Shown in pieces: positions 40,925 through 51,929 of a stretch of DNA of 64,000 bases; the stretch's first letter is position 1; each line of letters opens with the position of its first letter. The notes beneath the pieces are model-generated. The model searched no databases. It was not told the origin of the DNA and worked only from the letters and a program-made list of their open reading frames with translations. Origin of the DNA: Fusobacteriaceae bacterium (GTDB taxonomy: Bacteria > Fusobacteriota > Fusobacteriia > Fusobacteriales > Fusobacteriaceae); the NCBI GenBank assembly GCA_900764925.1, contig CAAFPW010000002.1:7563-71562 (forward strand), written 5' to 3'. The translations under genes were made by a program, and so were the position numbers.

Positions 40925-41560
40925 ATGTTAGAGGAATTAAAAGAAGCAAATGAATATATAATTGGTAAGATAAAAGAGAGTGACGAGCTTATATTGGAGA
41001 TGGAAAAATATGCTCAAGAGTTCAATGTGCCAATAGTTACAAAAGAGGTAGCTGAGTACCTAAAATTTATTGTTAAAAGTCACAGTATAAAAAATATCTT
41101 AGAGGTAGGAACAGCAATTGGTTACTCTGGGATTTTGATGGCTAAAGAGATAGAAAAAAATGGTGGAAAACTTTATACAATAGAGATTGATGAGGAGAGA
41201 TACAATCTGGCTCAAGAAAATTTTAAAAAGTCTGGTTTGAACAATATCATCTCTATAAAGGGAGATGCAGTAGAGGAGATTAAAAAAATAGAGGATAATT
41301 TTGACTTTGTTTTTATAGATGCATCTAAAGGACACTATTTAGAGTTTTTTGAAGATTCATATAAACTTCTAAATAAGAATGGTATCATATTTATAGATAA
41401 TATCATGTTCAGAGGTTATCTATACAAAGAGTATCCTAAGAGATTTAAAACAATAGTTAAAAGATTGAATGAGTTTATAGATTATCTTTACACTAGAGAG
41501 GGTGGAGAGTTTGTTCTTCTACCTTTTGGAGATGGAATAGGATTATTTAGAAAAAAATAA
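40925..41560 (+). CDS. SAM-dependent O-methyltransferase (TrmR/YrrM-like)
   Basis: LEVGTAIGYS, FIDASKG.Y, IDN, GDG. Confidence 0.88.
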   Translation: MLEELKEANEYIIGKIKESDELILEMEKYAQEFNVPIVTKEVAEYLKFIVKSHSIKNILEVGTAIGYSGILMAKEIEKNGGKLYTIEIDEERYNLAQENFKKSGLNNIISIKGDAVEEIKKIEDNFDFVFIDASKGHYLEFFEDSYKLLNKNGIIFIDNIMFRGYLYKEYPKRFKTIVKRLNEFIDYLYTREGGEFVLLPFGDGIGLFRKK

Positions 41561-41645
41561 AAAGTAAGAGCAAAGGAAAAAATTTACTGTAAAGTAATTT
41601 TTTTCCTTTTATATTTTTAACTGTTTTTATTTTTGATTTCAATTT
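41561..41645 (+). repeat. Dispersed intergenic element, deleted copy (inverted relative to 50184-50333)
   Basis: AAAGTAAGAGCAAAGGAAAAAATTTACTGTAA/AGTAATTTTTTTCCTTTTATATTTTTAACTGTTTTTATTTTTGATTTCAATTT aligns colinearly with the reverse complement of ~50189-50312. Confidence 0.8.
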
Positions 41646-41691
41646 GAATATTTACAACACCTTCTTTATTCTTTAAAAAACTTTTTTTATA

Positions 41692-41700
41692 TGGTATAAT
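41692..41700 (+). promoter_or_regulatory. Extended -10 promoter for Cys-rich gene/smc
   Basis: TGGTATAAT 33 nt before ATG 41733. Confidence 0.55.
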
Positions 41701-41732
41701 TTTTTAACATAAAGTTTATAGAGGGAGTTATT

Positions 41733-42059
41733 ATGAGTAAAAAATTAAACGATATAGATATTAAAGTTATAAAGTTTTTGCTGTCAGCTGGTGTGTATAG
41801 TGACTTAGCAATAATAAAAAACCTAGGTATTACCTATGAGGAGTTGGAGAACTCCTATACAAATCTCTTACAAAACGGTTATCTAGAAACCTATGAGCAA
41901 TATCAAAAAAGAGAGATGGAAGAGTGTTCATCTCATTCAGGATGTGGTGGTTGTTCAAAAAGCAATGGAGCTTGTGGAAGTTGCTGTTCATCTAAATCAC
42001 AAGATTACTCTGATGTAAAGGTGATAACTTGGAAAGCAATAGAGGAATTTCAAGAATAA
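41733..42059 (+). CDS. Hypothetical protein: wHTH-like N-terminus plus Cys-rich cluster
   Basis: 108 aa; CSSHSGCGGCSKSNGACGSCCSS; 22 nt upstream of smc. Confidence 0.7.
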   Translation: MSKKLNDIDIKVIKFLLSAGVYSDLAIIKNLGITYEELENSYTNLLQNGYLETYEQYQKREMEECSSHSGCGGCSKSNGACGSCCSSKSQDYSDVKVITWKAIEEFQE

Positions 42060-42081
42060 TGTACATAATATAGGGGGATAA

Positions 42082-45000
42082 ATGTTTTTAAAAGCTGTTG
42101 AAATTTTTGGTTTTAAATCCTTTGGAGAAAGGGTATATATAGAGTTTAATAGAGGGCTTACCTCCATAGTTGGACCCAATGGAAGTGGTAAGTCAAATAT
42201 ACTTGATGCTGTTTTGTGGGTACTAGGGGAGCAATCATATAAAAATATTCGTGCTAAAGAGAGTGGGGATATCATCTTCTCTGGTGGAAAAGATAAAAAA
42301 CCTATGAACTTTGCCGAAGTTTCTCTATACATAGATAATAGTGATAGTTTCTTACAAGTTGAAAATGATGAGATTAAAATTACTAGAAAACTACACGCTT
42401 CAGGTGAAAATGAATACTTTATAAATGATTCTAAATCTAGGCTAAAAGATATAGCCAATCTATTTTTAGATACTGGAGTTGGAAAGAGTGCTTACTCTGT
42501 AATTGGACAGGGAAAGGTAGAGAGAATTATTGGTTCATCTTCTAAAGAGATCAAAGGAATAATTGAAGAGGCTGCAGGAATAAAAAAATTCCAAGGACAA
42601 AAAAATGAAGCTGTAAAAAATTTGGAAAATGTTGATACTGAGTTAGAAAAGATTGAACTTGTTCTTAAAGAGGTAGGAGAGAATAGAGAAAGAGTTGAAA
42701 AACAAGCTGGTAAGGCTCAAGAGTATCTGAGTTTAAAAGAGGAGAGAGATTCTCTAGCTAAGGGGATATATCTATGTGAATATGAAAATAAAAAGAGTGA
42801 ACTTGAAAAAAATAGTGTCACTAGGGATAGCCTCTCTCAAGAAAATACTCTACTTCAAAAGGAATTTGAAGAGATTGAAGAGAGATTGGATACAATTGAT
42901 AGAGAGAAATCTGAGTTAAAAAAATATATAGAGGAAAATGGAAATAAAAACCAAGAGTTAAAAAGAGAGATTGAATCAAAGGAGAAAGAGAGAGTAAGAG
43001 TCAGTGAAAGATCAGCTAGTTATAGAAGAGAGGTAGCTGAAAGAGAGGAGAGAGTAAAACAGAGCGAGATAAAATTAGAAGAAAAGATAAAAACTCTTGA
43101 AACTCTTGAAAAGGAAACTTACTCTTTAGCTGAAAAACTAGAAACTCTATCTGAAGAGAATCAGATCTTTGAAAATGAGATAAAGAGATTAGAAAGGGAA
43201 AAAGAGGATTTTTCTACCTCTAGAGAGCTCAAGAAAAAAAGAGTCATGGAGCTTGAGCTGGAAAGAATGAAACTTATCAATGAGATAGAAAACTCAAGTA
43301 GAAGAGCAAAGGGAAGTAGTAATAAGATTACCTCTTTAAAAGAGGAACTAGAAGCTGCCAACAAAAAGATGAGTGAAGCAGAAAAAGAGCTAGCCCAATC
43401 TAAAAAATCGAGAGATGAAAAGAGTCAAAATCTTGAAAATATGAAGGGAAGAGGGGAGTTTTTAGAGCAGGAGATCAGTAGATGTAGCCAAAGAATGAAT
43501 AGACTCTCTGAGATTATTCGTACTTCAGATTATGATGAGAAAAGATTTTCATCTAAACTTCAAGCACTGCTTAGAATGGAAGAGAATAACGAGGGATTTT
43601 TTAAAGGAGTTAAAGAGGTATTAAATAGTAAGATACCTGGTGTTGAAGGGGTATTTATCTCCCTTGTAAATGTTCCTGAAAAATATATGAAAGCTATTGA
43701 AGCTGGTGTTCCTGGAAATATACAGGATATAGTTGTATCTACAAGTGATGTGGCTAAAAAAGCTATTCAACTCCTCAAGGAGAAAAAAGCTGGTAGAGCC
43801 TCTTTCCTAGCTTTAGATACCATAAAAGTAACTCCTAAGAAAGATATCAACCTCAACTTAGATGGGGTAATTGGAGTTGCTTCAACATTGGTAGAAACTC
43901 AAGAGAGATATAGAGTAGTTGCAGATTTTATCCTAGGAAATCTTTTAGTTGTTGAAAATATAGATATAGCTTTAAAAATTGTTAAGAACTCTCTTTTCAG
44001 TGGAAATGTGGTAACTCTAGCTGGAGAACTACTCAGCTCAAGAGGTAGAATAACTGGGGGAGATTCTGGAAACTCTACAGCTAGTCAACTATTTGAGAGA
44101 AAAAAAGAGATAAAGCAACTTACAGAGAGATGTGAAGCCCTAAGAAAAACTATCACTGAAAGTGTAGAGGAGCAAAACAGAATCAGTAAAGAGTTAGAAA
44201 ATTTTGAAAATGAGATAGATAGAATTGATTCCACTCAAGAGGACTTGAGAAAACAGGTAAGAATAGCTCAAGATTACTTTGAAGATTGTAACTCTAAGGT
44301 TGAGAGAATCAGTAAAGAGATCAGAACTATAAAGTTGGAGTTAGATGATGAGATAAAATATAGTGAGGAGTTTGAAAAGAAAATAACGAACTCCAATGAT
44401 GAAAAAGAGAAGATTGCTCTGATGATAGAGGAGCTTAAAACAGAAGAGGAAGCAGATATTGTAAAATCTCAACAGATAGAGGAAGTAATTAGACAGAAAA
44501 AGGATGAGTTCTCTGATAAGAAAATCATCTTTCTCAACTCACAAGATAGAGTAAATCAAATTGAGAGAGAGAAGGAGAGAGAACAAAGAGAACACTCTAT
44601 ACTCCTATCTGAAAAAGAGAGTATCATAAATAAAATCTCTCAATTAAAAGTTGAGATTGAAAACCTAGAAAAACTAGAACAGACTCTCACTTCTGAAATA
44701 GATAAGCAAGTTCTACAATATGAGAGTGAAAACAGTGAGATAAGCGAAAAGAAAAAGATAAGTGAAAAGCTAGGGGAAGAGGAGAGGGAGCTAATCAAAA
44801 AGAGAAAGGAGATTGACAGTTATCTCCTTCATAAAAAAGATGCTCTAAATAAACTAAATGACCTCATCGAAAGATTAAAACTTGATTTAGAAAGAATAGG
44901 AGAGAGTTTAGAATCTCTTGAAGATGTGGTACAAAAAGAGATTACTCTCGAAGGTATCAAAGAGCAGAAAGAGATATTAAAAACCTTAGACAACAGATTA

Positions 45001-45600
45001 AAAAATTTCCAAGCTGTAAACCTCTTAGCAATTGAGGAGTTTAAGGAATTAAATGAGAAGTATAACTTTTTAAATACTCAAAAAGAGGATTTAGTTAATG
45101 GAAAAACTGTACTATTGGAGCTTATAAAAGAGATTGATGAAACTATACATCAGAGATTCTTTACTGCCTATAAAGCTATTGATGAAAACTTCAATAAGAT
45201 GTGTATGGAAACTATCAATAACGCCGAAGGAAAACTGATCTTAAACAACTCAGAGAATTTTGATGAGTGTGGAGTAGAGATATATATAAAATTCAAAAAC
45301 AAGAAAAGACAATCTCTATCACTTCTATCTGGTGGAGAAAAATCTATGGTAGCTATCGCCTTTATCATGGGAATCTTTATGTTCAAGCCTAGCCCATTTA
45401 CTTTCTTAGATGAGATTGAAGCTGCCCTAGATGAAAAAAATACTAGAAAACTTATAGGAAAGTTAAAAGAGTTTACTGACAGATCGCAATTTATATTGAT
45501 TACACACAATAAAGATACTATGAGAGAGTCAGAAAGTATCTTTGGAGTGACTATGAATAAAGAGATCGGTATATCAAAAATAGTTCCTGTTAGATTTTAG
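42082..45600 (+). CDS. smc: Chromosome segregation protein SMC
   Basis: GPNGSGKSN, coiled coils, hinge GRASFL..GG, LSGGEK, LDEIEAALD. Confidence 0.97.
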   Translation: MFLKAVEIFGFKSFGERVYIEFNRGLTSIVGPNGSGKSNILDAVLWVLGEQSYKNIRAKESGDIIFSGGKDKKPMNFAEVSLYIDNSDSFLQVENDEIKITRKLHASGENEYFINDSKSRLKDIANLFLDTGVGKSAYSVIGQGKVERIIGSSSKEIKGIIEEAAGIKKFQGQKNEAVKNLENVDTELEKIELVLKEVGENRERVEKQAGKAQEYLSLKEERDSLAKGIYLCEYENKKSELEKNSVTRDSLSQENTLLQKEFEEIEERLDTIDREKSELKKYIEENGNKNQELKREIESKEKERVRVSERSASYRREVAEREERVKQSEIKLEEKIKTLETLEKETYSLAEKLETLSEENQIFENEIKRLEREKEDFSTSRELKKKRVMELELERMKLINEIENSSRRAKGSSNKITSLKEELEAANKKMSEAEKELAQSKKSRDEKSQNLENMKGRGEFLEQEISRCSQRMNRLSEIIRTSDYDEKRFSSKLQALLRMEENNEGFFKGVKEVLNSKIPGVEGVFISLVNVPEKYMKAIEAGVPGNIQDIVVSTSDVAKKAIQLLKEKKAGRASFLALDTIKVTPKKDINLNLDGVIGVASTLVETQERYRVVADFILGNLLVVENIDIALKIVKNSLFSGNVVTLAGELLSSRGRITGGDSGNSTASQLFERKKEIKQLTERCEALRKTITESVEEQNRISKELENFENEIDRIDSTQEDLRKQVRIAQDYFEDCNSKVERISKEIRTIKLELDDEIKYSEEFEKKITNSNDEKEKIALMIEELKTEEEADIVKSQQIEEVIRQKKDEFSDKKIIFLNSQDRVNQIEREKEREQREHSILLSEKESIINKISQLKVEIENLEKLEQTLTSEIDKQVLQYESENSEISEKKKISEKLGEEERELIKKRKEIDSYLLHKKDALNKLNDLIERLKLDLERIGESLESLEDVVQKEITLEGIKEQKEILKTLDNRLKNFQAVNLLAIEEFKELNEKYNFLNTQKEDLVNGKTVLLELIKEIDETIHQRFFTAYKAIDENFNKMCMETINNAEGKLILNNSENFDECGVEIYIKFKNKKRQSLSLLSGGEKSMVAIAFIMGIFMFKPSPFTFLDEIEAALDEKNTRKLIGKLKEFTDRSQFILITHNKDTMRESESIFGVTMNKEIGISKIVPVRF

Positions 45601-45608
45601 AAAATTCC

Positions 45609-45638
45609 TTGACTTTTTACTTTTATAAAGGGTACAAT
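45609..45638 (+). promoter_or_regulatory. Sigma70-type promoter of lpxK operon
   Basis: TTGACT-N18-TACAAT. Confidence 0.6.
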
Positions 45639-45671
45639 ATAGAGTAAAACATTTGTATTTGAGGAGTAATA

Positions 45672-46694
45672 ATGAGGATATTAGCATATATATATTACCT
45701 CATAACTTCCTTTCGGAATTTTCTCTATGATAAGAAAATAATTCCCATAAGGAGAGTAGAGGGAGTAGAGATTATCTGTATAGGTAACATAACAGTTGGA
45801 GGGACAGGAAAAACTCCAGCTGTACAATATTTTGTTAAGAGATTACAGAAAATGGGAAGAAAAGTGGCAGTTGTGTCCAGAGGATACAGAGGTAAGAGAA
45901 AGAGAGAACCCCTCTTAGTAAGTGACGGTTACCAAATTTTTGCTACCCCTAGAGAGAGTGGAGATGAACCTTTCATCCATGCTTTAAACCTCAAAGTTCC
46001 CATTGTTGTTAGCTCAAATAGATATAAAGCCTGTCTTTTTGCAAAAAAACACTTTGATGTGGATACCATTGTCTTAGATGATGGATTCCAACATAGAAAA
46101 CTTTATAGAGATAGAGATATTGTCCTCATTGATGCTACTAATCCTTTTGGTTGGGGAGAACTTCTTCCTAAGGGAATGCTCAGAGAGGATTTTAAAAAGG
46201 GAGCTAAAAGAGCTTCTGAATTTATCATAACAAAATCTGACCTAGTCAGTGAAAGAGAAGTTGAAAGAATAAAAAAATACCTTAAGAAAAAATTGAATAA
46301 AGAGGTTTCAGTAGCAAAACATGGAGTTACGTCTCTATGTGACTTAAATGGAAATCAAAAACCTCTTTTCTGGGTAAAGGGAAAAAGAGTTCTACTTTTT
46401 TCTGGACTTGCTAACCCATTGAATTTTGAAAAAACAGTTATCTCTCTAGAGCCATCTTACATTGAGAGAGTTGACTTTATGGATCATCACAATTTTAAAA
46501 AGAAGGATATTGAATTGATACAAAGACGTGCTGACAGTATGAAAGCCTCTTTTATAATTATGACGGAAAAAGATTTGGTAAAACTACCAACTGATCTACC
46601 TATGGAAAACTTTTTTGTATTGAAAATAGAGTTCACTGTTTTAGAAGATAATTGTTTAAAAGGAATTGGAGGAAATGACGAAAATGCAATGTGA
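45672..46694 (+). CDS. lpxK: Tetraacyldisaccharide 4'-kinase
   Basis: GNITVGGTGKTP, SRGY, GDEP, LDDGFQH, DHH, TEKD.VK. Confidence 0.96.
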   Translation: MRILAYIYYLITSFRNFLYDKKIIPIRRVEGVEIICIGNITVGGTGKTPAVQYFVKRLQKMGRKVAVVSRGYRGKRKREPLLVSDGYQIFATPRESGDEPFIHALNLKVPIVVSSNRYKACLFAKKHFDVDTIVLDDGFQHRKLYRDRDIVLIDATNPFGWGELLPKGMLREDFKKGAKRASEFIITKSDLVSEREVERIKKYLKKKLNKEVSVAKHGVTSLCDLNGNQKPLFWVKGKRVLLFSGLANPLNFEKTVISLEPSYIERVDFMDHHNFKKKDIELIQRRADSMKASFIIMTEKDLVKLPTDLPMENFFVLKIEFTVLEDNCLKGIGGNDENAM

Positions 46695-47484
46695 TATGCT
46701 TAATATACTCAAAGAGAAAGAGGAGAAGAGTTTGATTACTCTTTTAAATGAGTATGGAAAGATTGAAGTTTTAAGTGAAGCTGCTCAATTTTTAGATAAA
46801 AGATCATATTTAACTATTGATATCTTAGGAAATCTAAAAAGAAAAAAGGGAAATTTAACACTTCCTATTTTTACTTTCTTTGATGATAACAAACTTTTTT
46901 CACAGGAGATTTTAAACTCTTGTGATATAAGAGAGAGACAAAAATTTGATAAGATTGAAAGATTTTCAAGTTTAGACCTTGAAAAAGTTAAGTTAAACTT
47001 TATAAAAACTCTTTTTAATGGAAATATTGAGTTTTCTAAAAAATATGGAAAAGAGCTATTTTTAAGAACTAACTCTGAGTTTTTTAAAGTTGTTTCAAAT
47101 TTCTCTCTAGTTGGAGATTCTACTAATGTTAAGCCACTTATGGTATTAGCTTTAAAAAAATTGATGAAAGATAACTATGATGAGAATATTTTCCATCTTT
47201 TTATCTCATATATGACAAAATATAGAGATAACACTGCTATCTATGAGAATGTTCAAGAATATACTGGAGATACTGAGAGCTTAAGAAAAAGTTTAAAAGA
47301 AAATACTCAACTTCTAAACAGCTTTGAAGGATTGGGTATTTTATCTGCTCTTAAACTTATAGATGGGATCAGAGTTGACAACAGAGCTCAAGCTTTAGGA
47401 AAAATAAGATTTGAGATTGAAAATCTTAAAAATTACACTCCTTTAAATGAAATAGAAAAGAGACTTTTGGAGATTTTTTTATAG
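46675..47484 (+). CDS. Hypothetical protein
   Basis: Long ORF in operon between lpxK and EIIA; ATG 46675 after GGAGG (track start 46666). Confidence 0.7.
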   Translation: MTKMQCDMLNILKEKEEKSLITLLNEYGKIEVLSEAAQFLDKRSYLTIDILGNLKRKKGNLTLPIFTFFDDNKLFSQEILNSCDIRERQKFDKIERFSSLDLEKVKLNFIKTLFNGNIEFSKKYGKELFLRTNSEFFKVVSNFSLVGDSTNVKPLMVLALKKLMKDNYDENIFHLFISYMTKYRDNTAIYENVQEYTGDTESLRKSLKENTQLLNSFEGLGILSALKLIDGIRVDNRAQALGKIRFEIENLKNYTPLNEIEKRLLEIFL

Positions 47485-47493
47485 GAGGTAGAG

Positions 47494-47943
47494 ATGTTAC
47501 AATATTTTAATAGTAAACTTATTACCTATATAAAAGGAAGACATACAAAAGAAGAGGTTCTAAAAAAATTAGTTGACCTAATTAGAAAAAATAGTGATGC
47601 CCTAGAAGATGAGAAGAACTTCTATGAAAATATATTGGCTAGAGAGGAACTAGGAAGTACAGGTATTGGGCAAGGTATAGCTATTCCCCATGCTAGAAGT
47701 GAAAAGATAGAAAAAATAGTAGTGGCTATTGGACTTTTAGAAAATTCTCTCGATTTTAATTCTCCAGATGGAGAGAATGTAAAATTAGTTATCTTAGTGG
47801 GAGCTCCTAAGGGACAAAACAGAGAGTATCTCTCATTGGTATCTGAACTTATGAGAACCTTTAGAAATAAAAAACTAAGAGAGAGTGTCATCTGTGCCAC
47901 TGACTATCAAGAACTTTTAGAAGCTATTGCGGAGTTAAAATGA
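47494..47943 (+). CDS. Stand-alone PTS EIIA (Ntr/Fru-type)
   Basis: RE.LGSTGIGQGIAIPHAR phospho-His motif. Confidence 0.9.
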   Translation: MLQYFNSKLITYIKGRHTKEEVLKKLVDLIRKNSDALEDEKNFYENILAREELGSTGIGQGIAIPHARSEKIEKIVVAIGLLENSLDFNSPDGENVKLVILVGAPKGQNREYLSLVSELMRTFRNKKLRESVICATDYQELLEAIAELK

Positions 47944-48509
47944 GAATAGGAATTTATGGTGGAAGTTTCAATCCTATTCACAATGCACATGTTGGAATAG
48001 TTAAATATATTTTAGATAAACTACAACTGGATAAAATTCTTATCATTCCTGTAGGAAAAGCTTCACATCGAGATGATGTGATGGTAGATGGAGAGTTTAG
48101 AAAAAAAATGTGTGAATTAGCTTTTGAAGGTGAGGAAAAAATATCCATCTCCAATATTGAAATCAAAAGTAAAAAACTTTCCTACACTATTGACACCTTG
48201 AGAAAATTGATCTCTCTCTATGGGGGACATCATGAGTTTTACGAGATAGTGGGAGAGGATTCAGCTTATAGTTTTTCTAAATGGAAAGAGTATGAGAAGA
48301 TTTTAGAACTGAGTAAGGTTGTAGTATTTCGTAGAGAGGGATACAATGGTGGAATACAAGATAAAAATATTATCTATCTAAATACCCCATTATATGATAT
48401 ATCCTCTACTATGATAAGAGAAAAAATAAAAAATGGTGAAAGTATAAAGAACTTAGTTCCTGAAAAAGTAGCCAAGTTTATAGAAGAAAATAGATTATAT
48501 CATAAATAA
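47940..48509 (+). CDS. nadD: Nicotinate-nucleotide adenylyltransferase
   Basis: GGSFNPIHNAH, SYTIDT, ISSTMIR. Confidence 0.94.
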   Translation: MRIGIYGGSFNPIHNAHVGIVKYILDKLQLDKILIIPVGKASHRDDVMVDGEFRKKMCELAFEGEEKISISNIEIKSKKLSYTIDTLRKLISLYGGHHEFYEIVGEDSAYSFSKWKEYEKILELSKVVVFRREGYNGGIQDKNIIYLNTPLYDISSTMIREKIKNGESIKNLVPEKVAKFIEENRLYHK

Positions 48510-48550
48510 AAAACTCGAAAATGGCAAGCTTTTGCTATTCTCGAGTTTTT
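48508..48550 (+). terminator. Terminator after nadD
   Basis: AAAAACTCGAAAATGGCAA...TTGCTATTCTCGAGTTTTT imperfect hairpin with T-tail. Confidence 0.7.
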
Positions 48551-48567
48551 ATATAAAAGGAGATAAT

Positions 48568-49110
48568 ATGAAATTATTTATAATATCAGATATTCATGGA
48601 TCACTCTACTATCTAAAAAAAGTTATAGAAATCTTTAAAAAAGAAAATTATGATAAATTGATAATCTTAGGAGATGAACTCTATCATGGACCAAGAAATC
48701 CTCTTCCAAAAGATTACTCACCTAAAGATGTAATTGAGATTTTAAATAGCCACAGAGATAAAATTATTGCTGTAAGAGGAAACTGTGATAGCGAGGTGGA
48801 TCAGATGGTTTTAAATTATCCAATTATGAATGATTACTCTCTGCTATATCTAGGAGATAAGAGAGTATATATAACTCATGGACATATCTATAATAAAGAA
48901 AATCCCCTTCCTATGATTGAAGGAGATATCTTAATCTATGGACATTTTCATATTCCTATGATAGAAAAGATAGATGGAAAATATTTTTTCAACCCTGGTT
49001 CTATCTCTCTACCTAAAAATAATAGTAAGCATAGCTTTGCTATCCTTGATGAGAATAGCTTCACTATTAAGGACTTAGATGAAAATGTAATTATGAGCAT
49101 TGATTTGTGA
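48568..49110 (+). CDS. YfcE-like metallophosphoesterase
   Basis: SDIHG, GD.LYHGPRN, RGNCD, THGH, GH.H, NPGS. ATG 48568 after AAGGAG. Confidence 0.9.
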   Translation: MKLFIISDIHGSLYYLKKVIEIFKKENYDKLIILGDELYHGPRNPLPKDYSPKDVIEILNSHRDKIIAVRGNCDSEVDQMVLNYPIMNDYSLLYLGDKRVYITHGHIYNKENPLPMIEGDILIYGHFHIPMIEKIDGKYFFNPGSISLPKNNSKHSFAILDENSFTIKDLDENVIMSIDL

Positions 49111-49800
49111 TTATACAAATATATTTAAGATAGGAGCTAATATGATTGTCAATATTCCAGCTATAACAATAGCTAAAGCACTCATAGCTCCTTCTACCTC
49201 TCCCATCTCAATAGCTCTACTTGTTCCCACTGCATGACTAGATATTCCCAATCCCAATCCCTTAGCAATAGGATGTTTTACTCTAAAAACTGAATATATA
49301 AATGGAGCTGTTACATTTCCTGTTATACCTGTTATAATTATAGCAAAAACTGTAATAGATGGTATTCCGCCAAGCATCTTAGACAACTCTATCCCTATTG
49401 GAGTAGTTATTGATTTAGGCATGAAAGAAACTAAAAGTTGATGATCTATTCCCAATAATTTTCCCAATATAATGACAGAGAGTATAGCAACTATCGCTCC
49501 AACTATTCCTCCACCTATTATTGGGATAAAATGTTTCTTCAACAAATCCATCTTCTGATATAGAGGTATAGCTAATACTACTGTGGCTGGTGCTAAGAAA
49601 AAAACTATGAGATTTCCTCCTAACATATAATCCTTTACAGGTACATTAAAAAATTGTAAAAACCCCATCACTATTAGAGTAGCTATCAAAAGTGGATTAA
49701 ATATTGCCAATTTTGTCTTCTCAAAAATAAATTTCCCTATTTCAAATGCTATTAAGCTTATTATTACACCAAAAAGTGGATTACTTGTTATTCCTTCCAT
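49111..49800 (-). CDS. LrgB-family membrane protein
   Basis: PATVVLAIPLY, PKSITTPI, SHAVGT. Confidence 0.92.
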   Translation of the reverse strand: MEGITSNPLFGVIISLIAFEIGKFIFEKTKLAIFNPLLIATLIVMGFLQFFNVPVKDYMLGGNLIVFFLAPATVVLAIPLYQKMDLLKKHFIPIIGGGIVGAIVAILSVIILGKLLGIDHQLLVSFMPKSITTPIGIELSKMLGGIPSITVFAIIITGITGNVTAPFIYSVFRVKHPIAKGLGLGISSHAVGTSRAIEMGEVEGAMSALAIVIAGILTIILAPILNIFV

Positions 49801-50147
49801 TATCTCTTCTCTCCTCTTTCAATCAAATACTGTACAGTTAAAGCTGTTATTACCATTGTTATCAATGTAGATACAATAACTAAAAATATTATTTTTAAAA
49901 ATCCTGTTTTTAACAGAGCTATGTTCTCTAACAAACTTACAGAGGGGGGAAGAAAAAATATTGTCATATTTAAAAGTAAAAAATTCCCTGCATTCTCTAT
50001 GTGAGAGAGTTTTAAAACTTTAAAATAAAGTAGGGCAAATAAAAGCAACATTCCGCTTATAGTTCCCGGTACAGGTAGATGTAAAACCTCTGTCAATATT
50101 ACTCCTATATAGTTTATAACAAATATCAGTAAAAATTCTCTAATCAT
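49800..50147 (-). CDS. CidA/LrgA-family holin-like protein
   Basis: LPVPGTISGMLLLF, FFLPP.V; coupled to lrgB. Confidence 0.9.
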   Translation of the reverse strand: MIREFLLIFVINYIGVILTEVLHLPVPGTISGMLLLFALLYFKVLKLSHIENAGNFLLLNMTIFFLPPSVSLLENIALLKTGFLKIIFLVIVSTLITMVITALTVQYLIERGEKR

Positions 50148-50183
50148 TTTTTTCTCCTTAAAAATTAAAAAGGTTATTACAAA

Positions 50184-50333
50184 TTCTTAAATTGAAATCA
50201 AAAAATAAAAATACTTAAAAATATTAAAAGGAAAAAAGTTTACTTCCAATCGTTAGTGCTTACGCAATACTCATTACAGTAAATTTTTTTCCTTTTCCTT
50301 TACTCTTACTTTATCCCAATTTCAATTTAAGAA
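50184..50333. repeat. Nested-palindrome MITE/REPIN-like element (full copy)
   Basis: Perfect 15-bp terminal IR TTCTTAAATTGAAAT (50184-50198)/ATTTCAATTTAAGAA (50319-50333); inner 18/19 IR (50226-50244 / 50278-50296); related copy at 41561. Confidence 0.75.
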
Positions 50334-50354
50334 ATTTACTAGGGAAAGTAATAA

Positions 50355-50396
50355 AATTCAAGAATGACGAAGATGAACAAAAGTCATTCTTGAATT
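50355..50396 (-). terminator. lysS terminator
   Basis: Perfect 14-bp stem AATTCAAGAATGAC/GTCATTCTTGAATT just downstream of the lysS stop. Confidence 0.75.
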
Positions 50397-50413
50397 ATTT
50401 ATAACTATTTTAA

Positions 50414-51907
<1,494 letters not shown>

Positions 51908-51929
51908 CTATTAAAATTGTTTTATATGC

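Noticed and set aside
43091..43108. 9-bp tandem repeat AAACTCTTG x2 in smc
   Set aside because: Short in-frame repeat in a low-complexity coiled coil; unremarkable.
49111..50147. cidA/lrgB as a phage lysis cassette
   Set aside because: Standard chromosomal CidA/LrgA-LrgB pair with no endolysin or phage genes nearby.
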